Shown: positions 40,871-51,774 of the stretch, piece by piece
Layout: the number at the start of each line of letters is the position of its first letter
Position numbering within the stretch: position 1 is the stretch's first letter
NCBI GenBank assembly: GCA_963707025.1
Contig: CAVPOM010000005.1
Location: forward strand, 512,001 to 576,000
Length of the DNA stretch: 64,000 nt
Source of the DNA: an uncultured Verrucomicrobiae bacterium
GTDB lineage: Bacteria > Verrucomicrobiota > Verrucomicrobiia > Limisphaerales > Palsa-1400
Reading direction: 5' to 3'
Translations under genes and position numbers: made by a program
The notes under the pieces: model-generated
What the model was told of the DNA's origin: nothing
The model's database searches: none
What the model saw: only the letters and a program-made list of their open reading frames with translations

Positions 40871-43512
40871 TGGGCGCTTCCTTTCCTCCCGTTCATCAGT
40901 TGTTCCAGCTTTTCAAGACGTTGTTTCAATTCCTGAATCTCCGCGTCCTTCTCGTTGAGCTTCTGGTTCAAGCCCTGGATGGCGGCCAGGGCCACGCCCT
41001 CCTCGTCCACGGTGGCGATGTGTTTGTCATCGGCCCCGACATTGAAGGCGGCGTGGAAATCCTGAGCCATCGGCCCGATGTGCCGGGTGGCGGTGTCCAG
41101 CTTGAAACTCCACTCGGAGATGGGCAGCCGCGCCACCCGCGCCAGCACCTCCTGCGGGTCAATCCCGGTGAATTTCTCTTTGACGTCCCGGTCGCTGGTT
41201 GTCGTGAAAGTGACTGCCGAGACATTGCCGTTGGTGCCGGTGAGCACGATGGGCGGCTTGCCGCCAAGGATGGTGGAAGTGCCGCGCACGTCCAGATAAC
41301 CGCCCGCTGTGTTGTCCTTAGAGGGCCAGATTTCCAAGGCGTTGCGGAAGCGCATGTGGCCGGGGTAATTGATGCCCCCCACTACGATGCCCGGCGTAAC
41401 ATCATCATCGTTCTCAATGACCACCGTGCCCACTCCGGTGTCCACAGTAAATGGGGCATCAAAGGTGACGTTGCTCTCAGTTTTGGTGACCACCACGGCT
41501 GGCAAGGCCTGCAAGGGCACTGTGCCCGTGGTCAATTCCGAAGCGTTGAGATTGTCCAGTCCACTGCCATTCCCATTAAACGTGCCTGCCAGATTGCTGA
41601 TCACCATCGGCATATTCATGGCAACACGCTGTGGATAGACCAGCACCTCCGTCAGCGTATTGGTGCCGCTATTGGCGCTGAACAAATCCGGTGTGCCATC
41701 GTCGTTGACATCGGCGGCCACAACTTGCCAGGGGCCGGCTTCCACATGGATGGTGGCATAAAACCCAAAGATGCCGTGGCCATTGTTGGTCAGCACCGTC
41801 AACGAATCGTCGTCGGTATTGGCGGTGACCAAATCCGGCGCGCCGTCGCCGTTGATGTCCACCGCGATGACCGATTGCGGTTTAATTCCCACGTTCAGCG
41901 TGGCATTGGAACCAAAGACCCCGTGGCCGTTGTTGGTCAGCACGGTCAGCGTGTTTTCATAGGTTTCGGCACAAACCAAATCGGGTGAGCCATCGCCGTT
42001 GACATCCACCGCCACAACTGAAACCGGACTGTTGCTCACTGCGAGCGTGGCGTTGGAACCAAAGACGCCCTGGCCGTTGTTGGTCAGCACCGTCAATGTG
42101 CCGGAAGTGATATTGGCGCTGATCAAATCCGGCGCGCCGTCGCCGTTGATATCGGCCACCGCCACTTGATTCGGTCCCTCGCCCACGATGAGCGTGGCAT
42201 TGGAACCGAAGACGCCGCTGCCGTTGTTGGTGTACACGGTCAGGATGTTGGCGAACGTGCCAGAGGCAATCAAATCCACTGCGCCGTCGCCGTTGACATC
42301 CGCCGCCGCAACATAATATGGGCCGACTCCCACGTTGAGCGTGGCATTGGAAATAAAGCCGCCGTGGCCATTGTTGGTCAGCACCGTCAAGGTGCTGTCG
42401 CCGTTATTGGCGCAGATCAAATCCGGTTTGCCGTCGCCATTGACATCCGCCGCCACCACCGAAAGGGGAAAGTGGCCTACGTTGAGCGTGGCGATGGAAC
42501 CAAAAACGCCGTGGCCGTTGTTCGCCAGCACCGTCAACGTGTTGGAGCCTCCATTGGCGCTGACCAAGTCCAGTTTGCCGTCTCCGTTGACATCCACCGC
42601 GACAACCGAATATGGGTTGGCTCCCACGTTAAGCGGAAGGCCGGGGGTAAAGAGCGACGGCAGCAGGTTGAATGTTCCGGCCGGGCCAACCGACGAAAGG
42701 CTGATATTGGTCACCCCGGCCCCATTGCCGCTGAAACTACCGGTCAGCGCCACGTTGGCTGCGCCATTGGTCAATACGCTACTCGGCAACTGTCCCACCG
42801 GCAGCGTGCCCAGCAGATTGCTCGCGTTGCCGGCCACGACGGCGTACGGCGTGGGCGTCAAGTCCTGCACCGGACTCAGCGCGGCAAACCCGTTCACGCC
42901 GTCATTGAACCAAATGCGCAACTGCAGGCCGGATGCGTCCGTGAAGACGGAAACGGGGATGGCCGTCATGTTGGCCAGAGTCGTGTCGCCCAAAACCACG
43001 GTGAACAGGCCGTTGTTGACTCCCAGGCTCACCGCGTGGGCAGGTTGGCTGCCCGCGCTGCTGGTGCCGTCGTTGCTCCAGTAGGTTGTGAAGGAAAGGT
43101 CAACGGGGGGCGCGCCAATCGTCACGGTGGGCGTGCCGGTGTAACCGGAGCCGGGATTGTTCACCGTGATGGCGGTCACCGCCCCGCCGCTGACGCTGGC
43201 TGTGGCCGTGGCGCCCGAACCGCCGCCACCGGAAATGGTGACGGCGGGGGCGGTGGTGTAACCATTTCCGCCGAACGTGACGTTAATGACGGTGATGAAC
43301 CCGCCACTGGGAGGACTGGCCGTGGCGGTGGCCTGGCTGGCGACGTTCGAACTGGTGACCAGGGCGAACTTGAACTGCCCTGTGCCGCTGAAGTTGGTGC
43401 CGCCGTCCGTGACCAAGCCTTGATAGGTGAAGGCCGTGCCCTGGGCATGGGCGGAAAAGCAGATGGCGGAAAGCAGATGACAGATGGCGATAGACTTGAG
43501 TTTGATTTTCAT
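40867..43512 (-). CDS. Secreted fibre-like protein with seven FG-GAP repeats and a peptidase S74 intramolecular chaperone
   Basis: '[10 protein letters not shown]' N-domain; seven 'D[VI]N[GD]DGxxDL' repeats; 'TSDRDVKE...HIGPMAQDF...[10 protein letters not shown]' plus coiled coil. Confidence 0.88.
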   Translation of the reverse strand: MKIKLKSIAICHLLSAICFSAHAQGTAFTYQGLVTDGGTNFSGTGQFKFALVTSSNVASQATATASPPSGGFITVINVTFGGNGYTTAPAVTISGGGGSGATATASVSGGAVTAITVNNPGSGYTGTPTVTIGAPPVDLSFTTYWSNDGTSSAGSQPAHAVSLGVNNGLFTVVLGDTTLANMTAIPVSVFTDASGLQLRIWFNDGVNGFAALSPVQDLTPTPYAVVAGNASNLLGTLPVGQLPSSVLTNGAANVALTGSFSGNGAGVTNISLSSVGPAGTFNLLPSLFTPGLPLNVGANPYSVVAVDVNGDGKLDLVSANGGSNTLTVLANNGHGVFGSIATLNVGHFPLSVVAADVNGDGKPDLICANNGDSTLTVLTNNGHGGFISNATLNVGVGPYYVAAADVNGDGAVDLIASGTFANILTVYTNNGSGVFGSNATLIVGEGPNQVAVADINGDGAPDLISANITSGTLTVLTNNGQGVFGSNATLAVSNSPVSVVAVDVNGDGSPDLVCAETYENTLTVLTNNGHGVFGSNATLNVGIKPQSVIAVDINGDGAPDLVTANTDDDSLTVLTNNGHGIFGFYATIHVEAGPWQVVAADVNDDGTPDLFSANSGTNTLTEVLVYPQRVAMNMPMVISNLAGTFNGNGSGLDNLNASELTTGTVPLQALPAVVVTKTESNVTFDAPFTVDTGVGTVVIENDDDVTPGIVVGGINYPGHMRFRNALEIWPSKDNTAGGYLDVRGTSTILGGKPPIVLTGTNGNVSAVTFTTTSDRDVKEKFTGIDPQEVLARVARLPISEWSFKLDTATRHIGPMAQDFHAAFNVGADDKHIATVDEEGVALAAIQGLNQKLNEKDAEIQELKQRLEKLEQLMNGRKGSAQ

Positions 43513-43525
43513 AACTGGATTCCTT

Positions 43526-44518
43526 TCAATTTGATTTTCGGCTGAGAAGGATTCTTTCCAGCGCTTGGAGACGCAGCCTCAGTTCCATGTTCTCCGCATC
43601 GCGCCGTTTCAATTCCTCCTGGAGTTTCTGATTCAGCCCCTGAATGGGGGCCAGGGCCACGCCGCCTTCGTCCACGGTGGCAATATGCTTGTCATCCGGG
43701 CCGACGTTGAAGGCCGCGAAAAGATCCTGGGCCATCGGGCCGATGTGGCGCGTGCCGGCGTCGGCCTTGTAACTCCATTGGCTGATGGGCAGCGCCGTGA
43801 CCTTGTCCAGAATCTCCGCCGGACGCACCGCCTGGAAGCCTGGTTTGGCGTTGCGATCACTGGCGCTGACAAACGTCCCGCTGACCGTCAGCCCGCTGAG
43901 GGTGAGCTGCATCAACTCGGTGCCGCCGCTGCCCGGATCGTCGGTCGTATCACTGTGGCTGCCGCCGGGGAACCAGGCGAAGCCGGCGCTGGCGTGGGTG
44001 CGGAAATACTCCCGCGAGTTCTGGACCCCGATGCCGTAAGTGCTGGTCGAGAAATTGAGCATTTGCCGGGTCAGGTTTCCAAAGAACATGCTGGTGGAGG
44101 TGTCCGCTTGAATGCCTCCCTGCGCGCGGATGCAAAATTGAAAGTCAGCGGAGGAACCGAAATCAAAGACCTGGCCGTCCGACCAGACAAAACAGTTGTC
44201 GTTGGTCGCGGCTGCATTCAGGCCGGCGGCGAAGGACTCCAAGCCGCTGGCAAGATTGTCCACGCCGCCTGGAACTGTCGAACCGTAGGCGTCCGCCATG
44301 TTGCCGTTACCGCCGCCCACCGTCGCATCCCCGCCGTTGCTGGGATAAAGGCTGGTCCGAATGTCATAAAGGCCGTTGGCCAAAACACCGCTTTCCATCA
44401 ACTGGCCTTGAAAGGTGAAGGCCGTGCCCTGGGCGAAAGCGGGGGAAAGTGGCGCGTTGATGGTTGCAAGCGCGGGCAACGCCAGCGCGATGAACCAGCG
44501 GGGTGACCTGGTTTTCAT
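43526..44518 (-). CDS. Short secreted fibre-like protein with S74 chaperone; N-domain internally deleted
   Basis: First ~60 aa closely match the 40460 protein, then jump to 'ATVGGGNGN...'; S74 motif 'SDRNAK...HIGPMAQD'. Confidence 0.75.
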   Translation of the reverse strand: MKTRSPRWFIALALPALATINAPLSPAFAQGTAFTFQGQLMESGVLANGLYDIRTSLYPSNGGDATVGGGNGNMADAYGSTVPGGVDNLASGLESFAAGLNAAATNDNCFVWSDGQVFDFGSSADFQFCIRAQGGIQADTSTSMFFGNLTRQMLNFSTSTYGIGVQNSREYFRTHASAGFAWFPGGSHSDTTDDPGSGGTELMQLTLSGLTVSGTFVSASDRNAKPGFQAVRPAEILDKVTALPISQWSYKADAGTRHIGPMAQDLFAAFNVGPDDKHIATVDEGGVALAPIQGLNQKLQEELKRRDAENMELRLRLQALERILLSRKSN

Positions 44519-44593
44519 AGGCGATTCAGGGTTTCCATCCGCCTCGGGGCTGCGACGGCCTCCGGAGGACGGCGATTGACTGCTTAAGTTGTC

Positions 44594-44628
44594 ATCCTAC
44601 CACCAGCCCCGCTTAAGTTCAAGTTAAA
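44594..44628 (-). promoter_or_regulatory. Sigma70 promoter with a direct-repeat regulator box, copy B
   Basis: TTGAAC-17 bp-TAGGAT with an extended TG; TTTAAC-N5-CTTAAG overlaps the -35. Confidence 0.7.
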
Positions 44629-44774
44629 AACCGCGACACGACCTCCAAACCGTCAGAAAGCCGTCACAAGAAACTTGCCAAAAGCCGGGATTGGCCCAAT
44701 ATCACCACAAGTCTCCGCCACAGATTGGCAAAAACAAACGCCGCCAGGCGAAAGTTCCAACAACGGATTAACTA

Positions 44775-46139
44775 ATGAACACTGCAAAAGCCGGTGCCGG
44801 CATCAGTCGGCGACGTTTTCTCCTCTCCGGCGGCGCCGCTCTTGTGCTGCCGCAACTGGTTGCCGGTTGCGCCACGGCTGGCGCACCCCGTTCGCAACCG
44901 ATTCCGCCCAGCAGCCGGATCACGCTCGGCTTCATCGGCATGGGCACGCAAGCGCGCGGCTTGCTGGACAATTTTCTCCGGCAGGAGACACGCGTGCTGG
45001 CAGTCTGCGATGTGGACACGACCCGCCGCAACGACGCGAAGCAGAAGGTGGACACATTCTACACAAACCAAAACTGCGCGGCTTACAACGATTTTCGCGA
45101 AATCATCGCCCGCCCGGACATTGACGCGGTTTGCATCGCCACGCCCGACCACTGGCACGCGATTCCGACGCTGGCGGCGCTGCGCTCCGGCAAGGACGTT
45201 TATTGCGAGAAACCTCTGACGCACAACATCCACGAGGCGGTGGAGGTCATGAAGGCGGCGCAGAGGCACAAACGGGTCTTGCAGACCGGCTCGATGCAAC
45301 GCTCGATGAATGAATTTCGCGTGGCGTGCGAACTGGTGCGCAACGGGGTGATCGGGCAGATTCAGAAGGTGGAATGCAGCTTCGGAGATCCCGGCTGGCC
45401 ATGCGACTTGGCGGAGGAAAAAATGGAGCCGGGCCTGGATTGGAACCTCTGGTGCGGCCCGGCGCCGCTGCGCGGCTACAGTTCCGTGCTCAGTCCGCGC
45501 GGCGTGCATCAGGTTTTTCCGGCGTGGCGCGATTTCCGGGAGTATGGCAGCGGGGCGGTGGGCGATTGGGGCGCGCATCACCTCGACATCGCCCAGTGGG
45601 GCCTCGGCATGGACGAGAGCGGCCCGGTGGAGGTCATTCCGCCCGGCGATCCGAACGCCAAACGGGGCGCGAAACTGGTCTATGCCAGCGGCGTCACGGT
45701 GGAACACAAAGACGGATTTGGCGTGCATTTCTTTGGCAAAGGCGGCGAAGTGCGGGTCAACCGCGGGAAGTTCGTGCTGATCGTCGGTGGGGAGACCATC
45801 GCCAGTTTCACCGATGACAAATCCAAGAAAAGCGAGGAGGACACGACCTGCGCGGCCGAGGTCAGAAAGGCCCAAAGCCGCTGCCTGGCCAACGCCGCGG
45901 TCAAACTCTATGTGAGCCATCAGCACATTTCCGATTTCATGGCGTGCGTCAAGAGCCGCAAGCAACCCATAACCAATGAGCAGGTCGGGGCGCGCTCCGC
46001 CATCTGCTGCCATCTAATCAACCAGAGTTACTACCACCACGCGCACCTCCAGTGGAATCCGGCCCAGTTCAAGTTCACCGGGGGCACCGGTGATCCGAAA
46101 TGGCTGACCCGCGACTATCGCAAGCCCTGGACGGTCTGA
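44775..46139 (+). CDS. Gfo/Idh/MocA family oxidoreductase, Tat-exported
   Basis: 'SRRRFL' twin-arginine signal; 'GFIGMG', 'ATPDHWH', 'YCEKP', 'DWGAHHLD'. Confidence 0.93.
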   Translation: MNTAKAGAGISRRRFLLSGGAALVLPQLVAGCATAGAPRSQPIPPSSRITLGFIGMGTQARGLLDNFLRQETRVLAVCDVDTTRRNDAKQKVDTFYTNQNCAAYNDFREIIARPDIDAVCIATPDHWHAIPTLAALRSGKDVYCEKPLTHNIHEAVEVMKAAQRHKRVLQTGSMQRSMNEFRVACELVRNGVIGQIQKVECSFGDPGWPCDLAEEKMEPGLDWNLWCGPAPLRGYSSVLSPRGVHQVFPAWRDFREYGSGAVGDWGAHHLDIAQWGLGMDESGPVEVIPPGDPNAKRGAKLVYASGVTVEHKDGFGVHFFGKGGEVRVNRGKFVLIVGGETIASFTDDKSKKSEEDTTCAAEVRKAQSRCLANAAVKLYVSHQHISDFMACVKSRKQPITNEQVGARSAICCHLINQSYYHHAHLQWNPAQFKFTGGTGDPKWLTRDYRKPWTV

Positions 46140-46205
46140 GGCGCCTGAAAGAGGCGCGTGGCAGAGAAGTCCGGCGATGGAAGAAAATGTAAGCACTGCG
46201 ATACA

Positions 46206-46343
46206 TAGAGCGGTTTCACAAATACTGTAGCCGCATTACGCGGCAGGGTCCCGGTCCCGAATTATCGGGACCCGCCGCGGCGCGCACGGAGTGCGCGCCC
46301 TACCTTCTTCATTCAGGGCTACTCTATTTATTGAACCGCTCCA
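46206..46343. mobile_element. MITE family A, intact copy between convergent genes
   Basis: Ends TAGAGCGGTTTCA...TTGAACCGCTCCA; core GGCAGGG...GGCGCGCACGGAGTGCGCGCCCTACC. Confidence 0.7.
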
Positions 46344-46359
46344 GGCTTAAATATATTTG

Positions 46360-47706
46360 TTAACTGTGTTCCGCCGGGTGGGTCCAGGGGGCGCGGTAAG
46401 GCCGGCGCAAGAGACGATTTGCAGCCTCGTCTCCAATGACCTCTCCCTTTTCAGTGTCCCAAGCCAGGGACCGGCCGAGTTGCATGGAAATGTTGGCCAG
46501 AATGCAAGAGGCGGTGGAAATGTATCCCTGCTCGATGTCCGCCACCGGCCGGCCATGTGTTTGGATGGAGGAGAGAAAATCCCGCATGTGCCGGCGCGTT
46601 GCCGGAGCACAGTGTTTCTCAATGTCTTTCTCAGTCCGATCTTCAGGATATTCGTCCAGTTCGTAGGTGACATCGCGATGGAGCGGCGGCCCATTGCCGG
46701 AGGGGATAAAATCATAACTGTAAACACTGGCTTTGAGGGTTCCCTTGTCGCCATAGAAGGTTGCCGCCCAGGGATAGTTTTGGTCCGGGGGCTGTCCCCA
46801 AGTGCGGTGCTGCCAGACGACTTGAAGGTTGCCATAGTCGAAGATGGCGCTCTGGGTGTCGGAAATGTTGGCCTTGCTGTTTTTGTAAACGAGGATTCCT
46901 CCGGAGGATTGAATCGTCTTGGGCCAGCCCAGCTCCAGCATCCAACGAGTCATGTCAAACATATGAATGGCCATGTCGCCGATGATGCCGTTGCCGTATT
47001 CCATGAACGCCCGCCAACCCCGTGGATGGACCAGGCGGTTGTAGGGCCTCATGGGGGCGGGGCCGGTCCACATTTCGTAGTCCAAATTCGCGGGCGGGTT
47101 GGTGTCAGGAGGATTGTCCCGCGCGCGTGTGGGGTAATAACAGCAAATCTCGACCAGCCCCACGGTGCCCAATTTGCCGGCCTGGATGATAGAGTCGCGC
47201 GCTTCGATCAAGTGCGGGGTGCTGCGCCGCTGGGTGCCCACTTGGACGACGCGATTCATCTTTCGCGCGGCTGCCAGCATGGCCTTGCCTTCAAGGACAT
47301 CCACACTGATCGGTTTTTGCACATAGACATCGGCGCCGGCTTCCAGCGCGGCAATCAGGTGGAGGGCGTGCCAATGATCGGGCGAGCCGACCAGCACAAT
47401 ATCGAGGTCCTTTTCCTTCAACATTTCCCGGTAATCGCGGCAGGTGCGCGGCTTCTTGCGGGAAACCTGGCGAGAGGCCACTAAATCAGCCGCCTCTGAC
47501 AGCATCCGGCTGTCAACGTCGCAGAGCGACACCACCTCAACAGGGGCAACCTGGATGAGCCGGAACAGATCGCTCTTGCCGTACCATCCGCAGCCGATCA
47601 AGCCGACGCGTTTTTTTGCGCCAGCAGTTTCCTGGGAATAATCGTTGAAGGCACCCAAGCCCAGGCTGGCTGCGCTGGCGACTTTGAGAAAGTGGCGGCG
47701 ATTCAT
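46360..47706 (-). CDS. Gfo/Idh/MocA family oxidoreductase, Tat-exported
   Basis: 'MNRRHFLK'; 'GLIGCGWYG', 'SPDHWH', 'VQKP'. Confidence 0.93.
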   Translation of the reverse strand: MNRRHFLKVASAASLGLGAFNDYSQETAGAKKRVGLIGCGWYGKSDLFRLIQVAPVEVVSLCDVDSRMLSEAADLVASRQVSRKKPRTCRDYREMLKEKDLDIVLVGSPDHWHALHLIAALEAGADVYVQKPISVDVLEGKAMLAAARKMNRVVQVGTQRRSTPHLIEARDSIIQAGKLGTVGLVEICCYYPTRARDNPPDTNPPANLDYEMWTGPAPMRPYNRLVHPRGWRAFMEYGNGIIGDMAIHMFDMTRWMLELGWPKTIQSSGGILVYKNSKANISDTQSAIFDYGNLQVVWQHRTWGQPPDQNYPWAATFYGDKGTLKASVYSYDFIPSGNGPPLHRDVTYELDEYPEDRTEKDIEKHCAPATRRHMRDFLSSIQTHGRPVADIEQGYISTASCILANISMQLGRSLAWDTEKGEVIGDEAANRLLRRPYRAPWTHPAEHS

Positions 47707-47878
47707 ATTTTTATAATGCGACCGGCAGGCGCCCCGGGTCAAGGCTCGCGCTTGCCGGTATAACCCATTCTGCGCAGTAATCGCCAATGCAAGCTGGTTG
47801 CACTCCGCTCCCTCTGGCCATGTCAGCCGATTTGGGTTTGCCAGTGAGTCGCGTTTAAGAGATTTTCAAGGTCAGAAT

Positions 47879-49328
47879 CACACCCGTCTCATAAGGGGAA
47901 AAGTCTGGTGCTGACCTGTTCATTTGCAAGGGTTTAATTGGTCTTCGGGGTAAAATGAGATTTTGATTTTTCCGAGTTTGGCTTTTGGGTTTGGTATGCG
48001 CCTGTTTGGGCGCGTGTGCTGTCCCATAGCTTTATTGGAAGCCGGGGAAATACGCCTGCTCGGGCCGCGCCAAGTGGCGAAAGCTGCCGCCTGCTGTCCC
48101 ATAGCACGCCAGCAAATTGAGCAGATCATATTTCTCCCAGAGCGCCGCCCGCAAAATCGTGAACAGCCGGGTGAAGCTGTGCGCCCAGTTGGAGAGGTGA
48201 CTGAGGTAGCGCAACAGCACGTAGGTCAACAGCGCCGTCCACACCTGCCAGCGCACGGCGTTGGCGTTGTGGCCCAGAAAATCCGCCAACTGCAAGGTCT
48301 GCTTGATTTGTTTGAAGAAGACTTCGATCTGCCAGCGGCAGCGGTAAAGGTCGGCCACGCTGCGCGGACTCCACTCCAGGTTGTTGGTCAGGAAGGTCAT
48401 TTCCCGTTCCTCTCCATCAATCTCGACCAGCGCCACCACCCGGCGCATCAACTCCGGCGCGGGTTTGTTCTCGTTGCTCAGGACGATCACTTCGTCGCGC
48501 AAAATCTTCGGGTCTCTGGAGGCGGGCATTTTCCGCACCACCTCATAGCCCATGTTCTCCTTGGCCCGCGTCACCCAAAAGACCCCGCGCCCGTCCAAAT
48601 CCCGCAAGTGGCCGAAGTCCACATAACCCTTGTCGAACAAGGCGATTTCGCCGCTCTTCAAGTCGGCGCACAGTTCCCGCGCCCGTCGGTTGTCGTGCTC
48701 GGCGGCAGTGTCCACAATGACAAAACCGGGCAAAAGATTCTGCAGATTCAACCGCATATGGGTTTTGGCGGCGGCCTTGCGCCGGCGGTGCTTGGCCCAG
48801 TCCAGGCAGTTGGCCACCAGTTCCATGGTCGTGCTATCAATCACATGGATGGGCATCTTGAAACGGAAGGCGGGGCCACGGCGCTGGCCCGCGGCAAAGC
48901 CGGGCGTCTGTGCTTTCAAATGCTCCAGGACCCGCCAGAAGAGTTGTTCGGCCATCTGGGCCGGACGCTCCCGGTTGGCGTGGGAGAGGCCGTTGCGGCT
49001 GGGGGCGCTGGCGCCGCGCAAAGTGGACAGCGGCCCGGAATGCAATTGCAGCGAGTCGCACAGATCGTTGAGTCCGATGCAATGGGTGAGTTGCGCGTCC
49101 AGCAAACTGACCGTGTGACTCCACGGACTGAAGGTGCGCGACTTATCCAGAGCCCGGTCTCCCGCGCTATTTTGGAGACTTCATGCGCAGGAATGAGATT
49201 GCAAATCTGGCGCAAAACGTTAAACCGGGACCGTGTCGGTTTGATTTTTTTGTTTTTCATGCCTGCCTTGTGGCAGGTTCAAATGGTCAAGCCAACACTT
49301 TTTTCCAATTTCCTGTGGGATGGCTGTG
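47879..49328 (-). mobile_element. IS4-family insertion sequence, copy 2 (1450 bp); transposase 48032-49260 frameshifted at ~49154
   Basis: Reverse complement of 28839-30289; differences seen are one missing base in a G4 run and one synonymous change; own 9-bp target duplication GGTCAGAAT. Confidence 0.93.
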
Positions 49329-49362
49329 GGTCAGAATCTAAAATCGCACCGTGAATTCGCCT

Positions 49363-51212
49363 ATGAAGTCTCTTTTCGCAATGGCCCTGCTGGGCGCCGC
49401 CATTCCCTTGGCCGCCCAAGACTCCCGCACCAATGTCATCATCCGGGCCGAACCGCTTGCGGGCGGACGCGTCGAACCCACCTTGTTCGGCAACTTTATG
49501 GAATTGCTGGATGACGTTGTGCCAGGATCGTGGGCCGAGTTGTTGAACGACCGGTCTTTTGCCGGAGTCCTTCCGGCGGCGGATTGGGTGTACTACGACG
49601 GCTCCCTGGATATTTGCGACCGCCAGTGGGACACCAATGCCACCTGGAGCTACGACACCGACAACCCTTTCAACGGGAAACGTTGCGCCAAACTCACGGC
49701 CAGCCCCGGCAGGCCAGCCTCACCCAAACAGGCTTGTCGGCGCGAAAAGACATGGAGTATCAATTTTCAGCCTATCTGCGCGGGGACAACGGGATCAAAG
49801 TCACCGTCCTGCTCAAGGCTGCGCTGCCGACCGGAGAATGGCTTGCCTTGGCTTCGGCCACGCTTCCCCCGCCTTCGTCAGAATGGCAAAAGACCTCCAT
49901 CAAAATGACCTCCATTGGCCAGACCGACCGCGCGGTCTTTGAGTTGCGCGCCGAAGGCCGGGGCCGCCTCTGGGTGAACAAGCTTTCACTCATGCCCGGC
50001 GACAACCGGAACGGCTGGCGGGCGGATGTGGTGGAGGCGATCAAGGAAATCCGCCCCGGCATCATCCGCTGGGGCGGCTCCACGGTGGATCCCGGCCATT
50101 ACCATTGGAAGAACGGCATCGGCGACCACGACCGGCGCACTCCCTGGCCCAACGAGAATTGGGGCCGCCTTGACTCTAATGACGTGGGATTGGACGAGTT
50201 TTGCCAATTCTGCGAGCTGACCGGCGCGGCGCCGCTGATCTGCGTCAGCTTTGCCGATGGCGCCGCCAGCGCGCACGACCTGGTGGAGTATTGCAACGGA
50301 GAGGCCCAGACCACCTGGGGAGCCCGGCGCGCGGGCAACGGCCATCCCGCGCCTTACAATGTCAAGTATTGGGAGATCGGCAACGAGATCAACGGCGGCG
50401 ACGCCGACTACGTGGCTCAATTCCCCGCCTTCATCCAGGCGATCCGGTCAGCCGATTCCGGGGCGCGGATCATGACTTCGTATCCTTCGCAAAAGTTGCT
50501 GGACCGGGTGGGCCGGGAGGTTGATTATGTCTGCCCACACCACTACACGACCGATCTGAACCAGTGCGAGTTGGACTTTGCGCGGATCGGCCAGATGATT
50601 GACCGGACCCCGGGCTGCGCCCACATCAAGATGGGGGTAACAGAATGGAACATTGACGCCGGGGCGTGGGGCTTGGGCCGCGCCCTGCAATCCACACTCT
50701 TGGCGGGCCTGGAAAACGCCCGCTATCTCAACCTGCTCATGCGGCACTCGGACAAGGTCAAGATTGCCAACCGGTCCAATCTGGCCAACAGTTATTGCGG
50801 CGCGACCATTCTGACCGCCGCCTCCGGCACGGGCGTCCTGCGGCAGCCCAGCCACTATGTCATGAAACTTTACAGCCTCCACGCCAAACCGATCCCGCTG
50901 GTGATGCTCCGATATGATAACCGCCTGGACCTCTTCGCCTGCGGTTCTGATGACAAGAAATCCGCCGTCATATTTGCCGTCAATCCAACGCGCGAGCCGG
51001 TGCAGTTGGTCGCTGGTTTCGGCGGTTTCGATTCACTCCCGCGCATCGTCAGCGCCGAGACGGTGTGCGATGTCTTGAATCTGCGACAACCCGACGTGGA
51101 AAATCATTGGCAGGAGCCTGAACGGGTCAAGATTGTCAGGTTGCCTGTGAGTGACGGCGCGGTTCGGTTGCCGGCGCTGTCGGCTACGGCCGTTGAGTGT
51201 GTGACAGATTAG
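49363..51212 (+). CDS. GH51 alpha-L-arabinofuranosidase-like protein, frameshifted at ~49710
   Basis: Signal peptide, 'LFGNFME...WAELLNDRSF' in one frame; 'IRWGG', 'VKYWEIGNE', 'VTEWN' in the next. Confidence 0.85.
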
Positions 51213-51343
51213 AGCGTTTTCAAGAAAACTGTAGCCGCAGCACGCGGTAGGGTCCCGGCAGGCCGGGATTGCCCGCCGCGGCGCGCACGGAGTGCGCGCC
51301 CTACCTCCCTCGTTTCGGCTACACAATTTCTTAAACCGCCGTA
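51210..51343. mobile_element. MITE family A, third copy; its TAG is the GH51 stop codon
   Basis: TAGAGCGTTTTCAAGAAA...TTTCTTAAACCGCCGTA with the same REP-like core. Confidence 0.7.
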
Positions 51344-51461
51344 GGCCAAGATGGAGATGGATGCCGGCGACAAGGCCAGGCAGGCAGCTCAAGCCATCCA
51401 AGATAAGAAACAGGACATCCCTATGGCTTTTCCCCGAATTGTCCAACGAACTGTTGCGGTG

Positions 51462-51559
51462 TCATACCGTTTCCAGTTTGTAACTGCACTATTGCCAAGG
51501 CGATTGGCGGCGGTCGCAGACCGCCGCTACAGTGCAAAAGCAAACCGGAAAAGGTATCA
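51462..51559. mobile_element. MITE family C with a REP-like core
   Basis: Inverted ends TCATACCGTTTCCAGTTTG / CAAACCGGAAAAGGTATCA (16/19) enclosing GGCGGTCGCAGACCGCCGCTAC, the same REP type as MITE B. Confidence 0.6.
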
Positions 51560-51774
51560 GCCGCCGTTCCCTCACTGTCTCGATCTTCGTCCACGGGTTG
51601 TCTGCAACGCCTTGAGCCGTCGCCGGCCATTGGCGGGCAAACTCGCCTCGCGTCACGGCAAAGGGCCACATTGCTCCGCTACGGGAGCACTCCTCGCGCA
51701 GTGCATCCCAGCGCGCCAGCCAGACGCTTGGCACGGCCAGATGGCCCTGGCGAACGCGCGCCAGCAGTTCAGCG

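Noticed and set aside
33090..44518. Prophage or tailocin suggested by tail-fibre chaperone domains
   Set aside because: All fibres carry signal peptides, and no capsid, terminase, sheath, baseplate, lysis or integrase genes are present.
28839..49328. Composite transposon bounded by the two IS4 copies
   Set aside because: Each copy has its own intact, different 9-bp target duplication, so they inserted independently.
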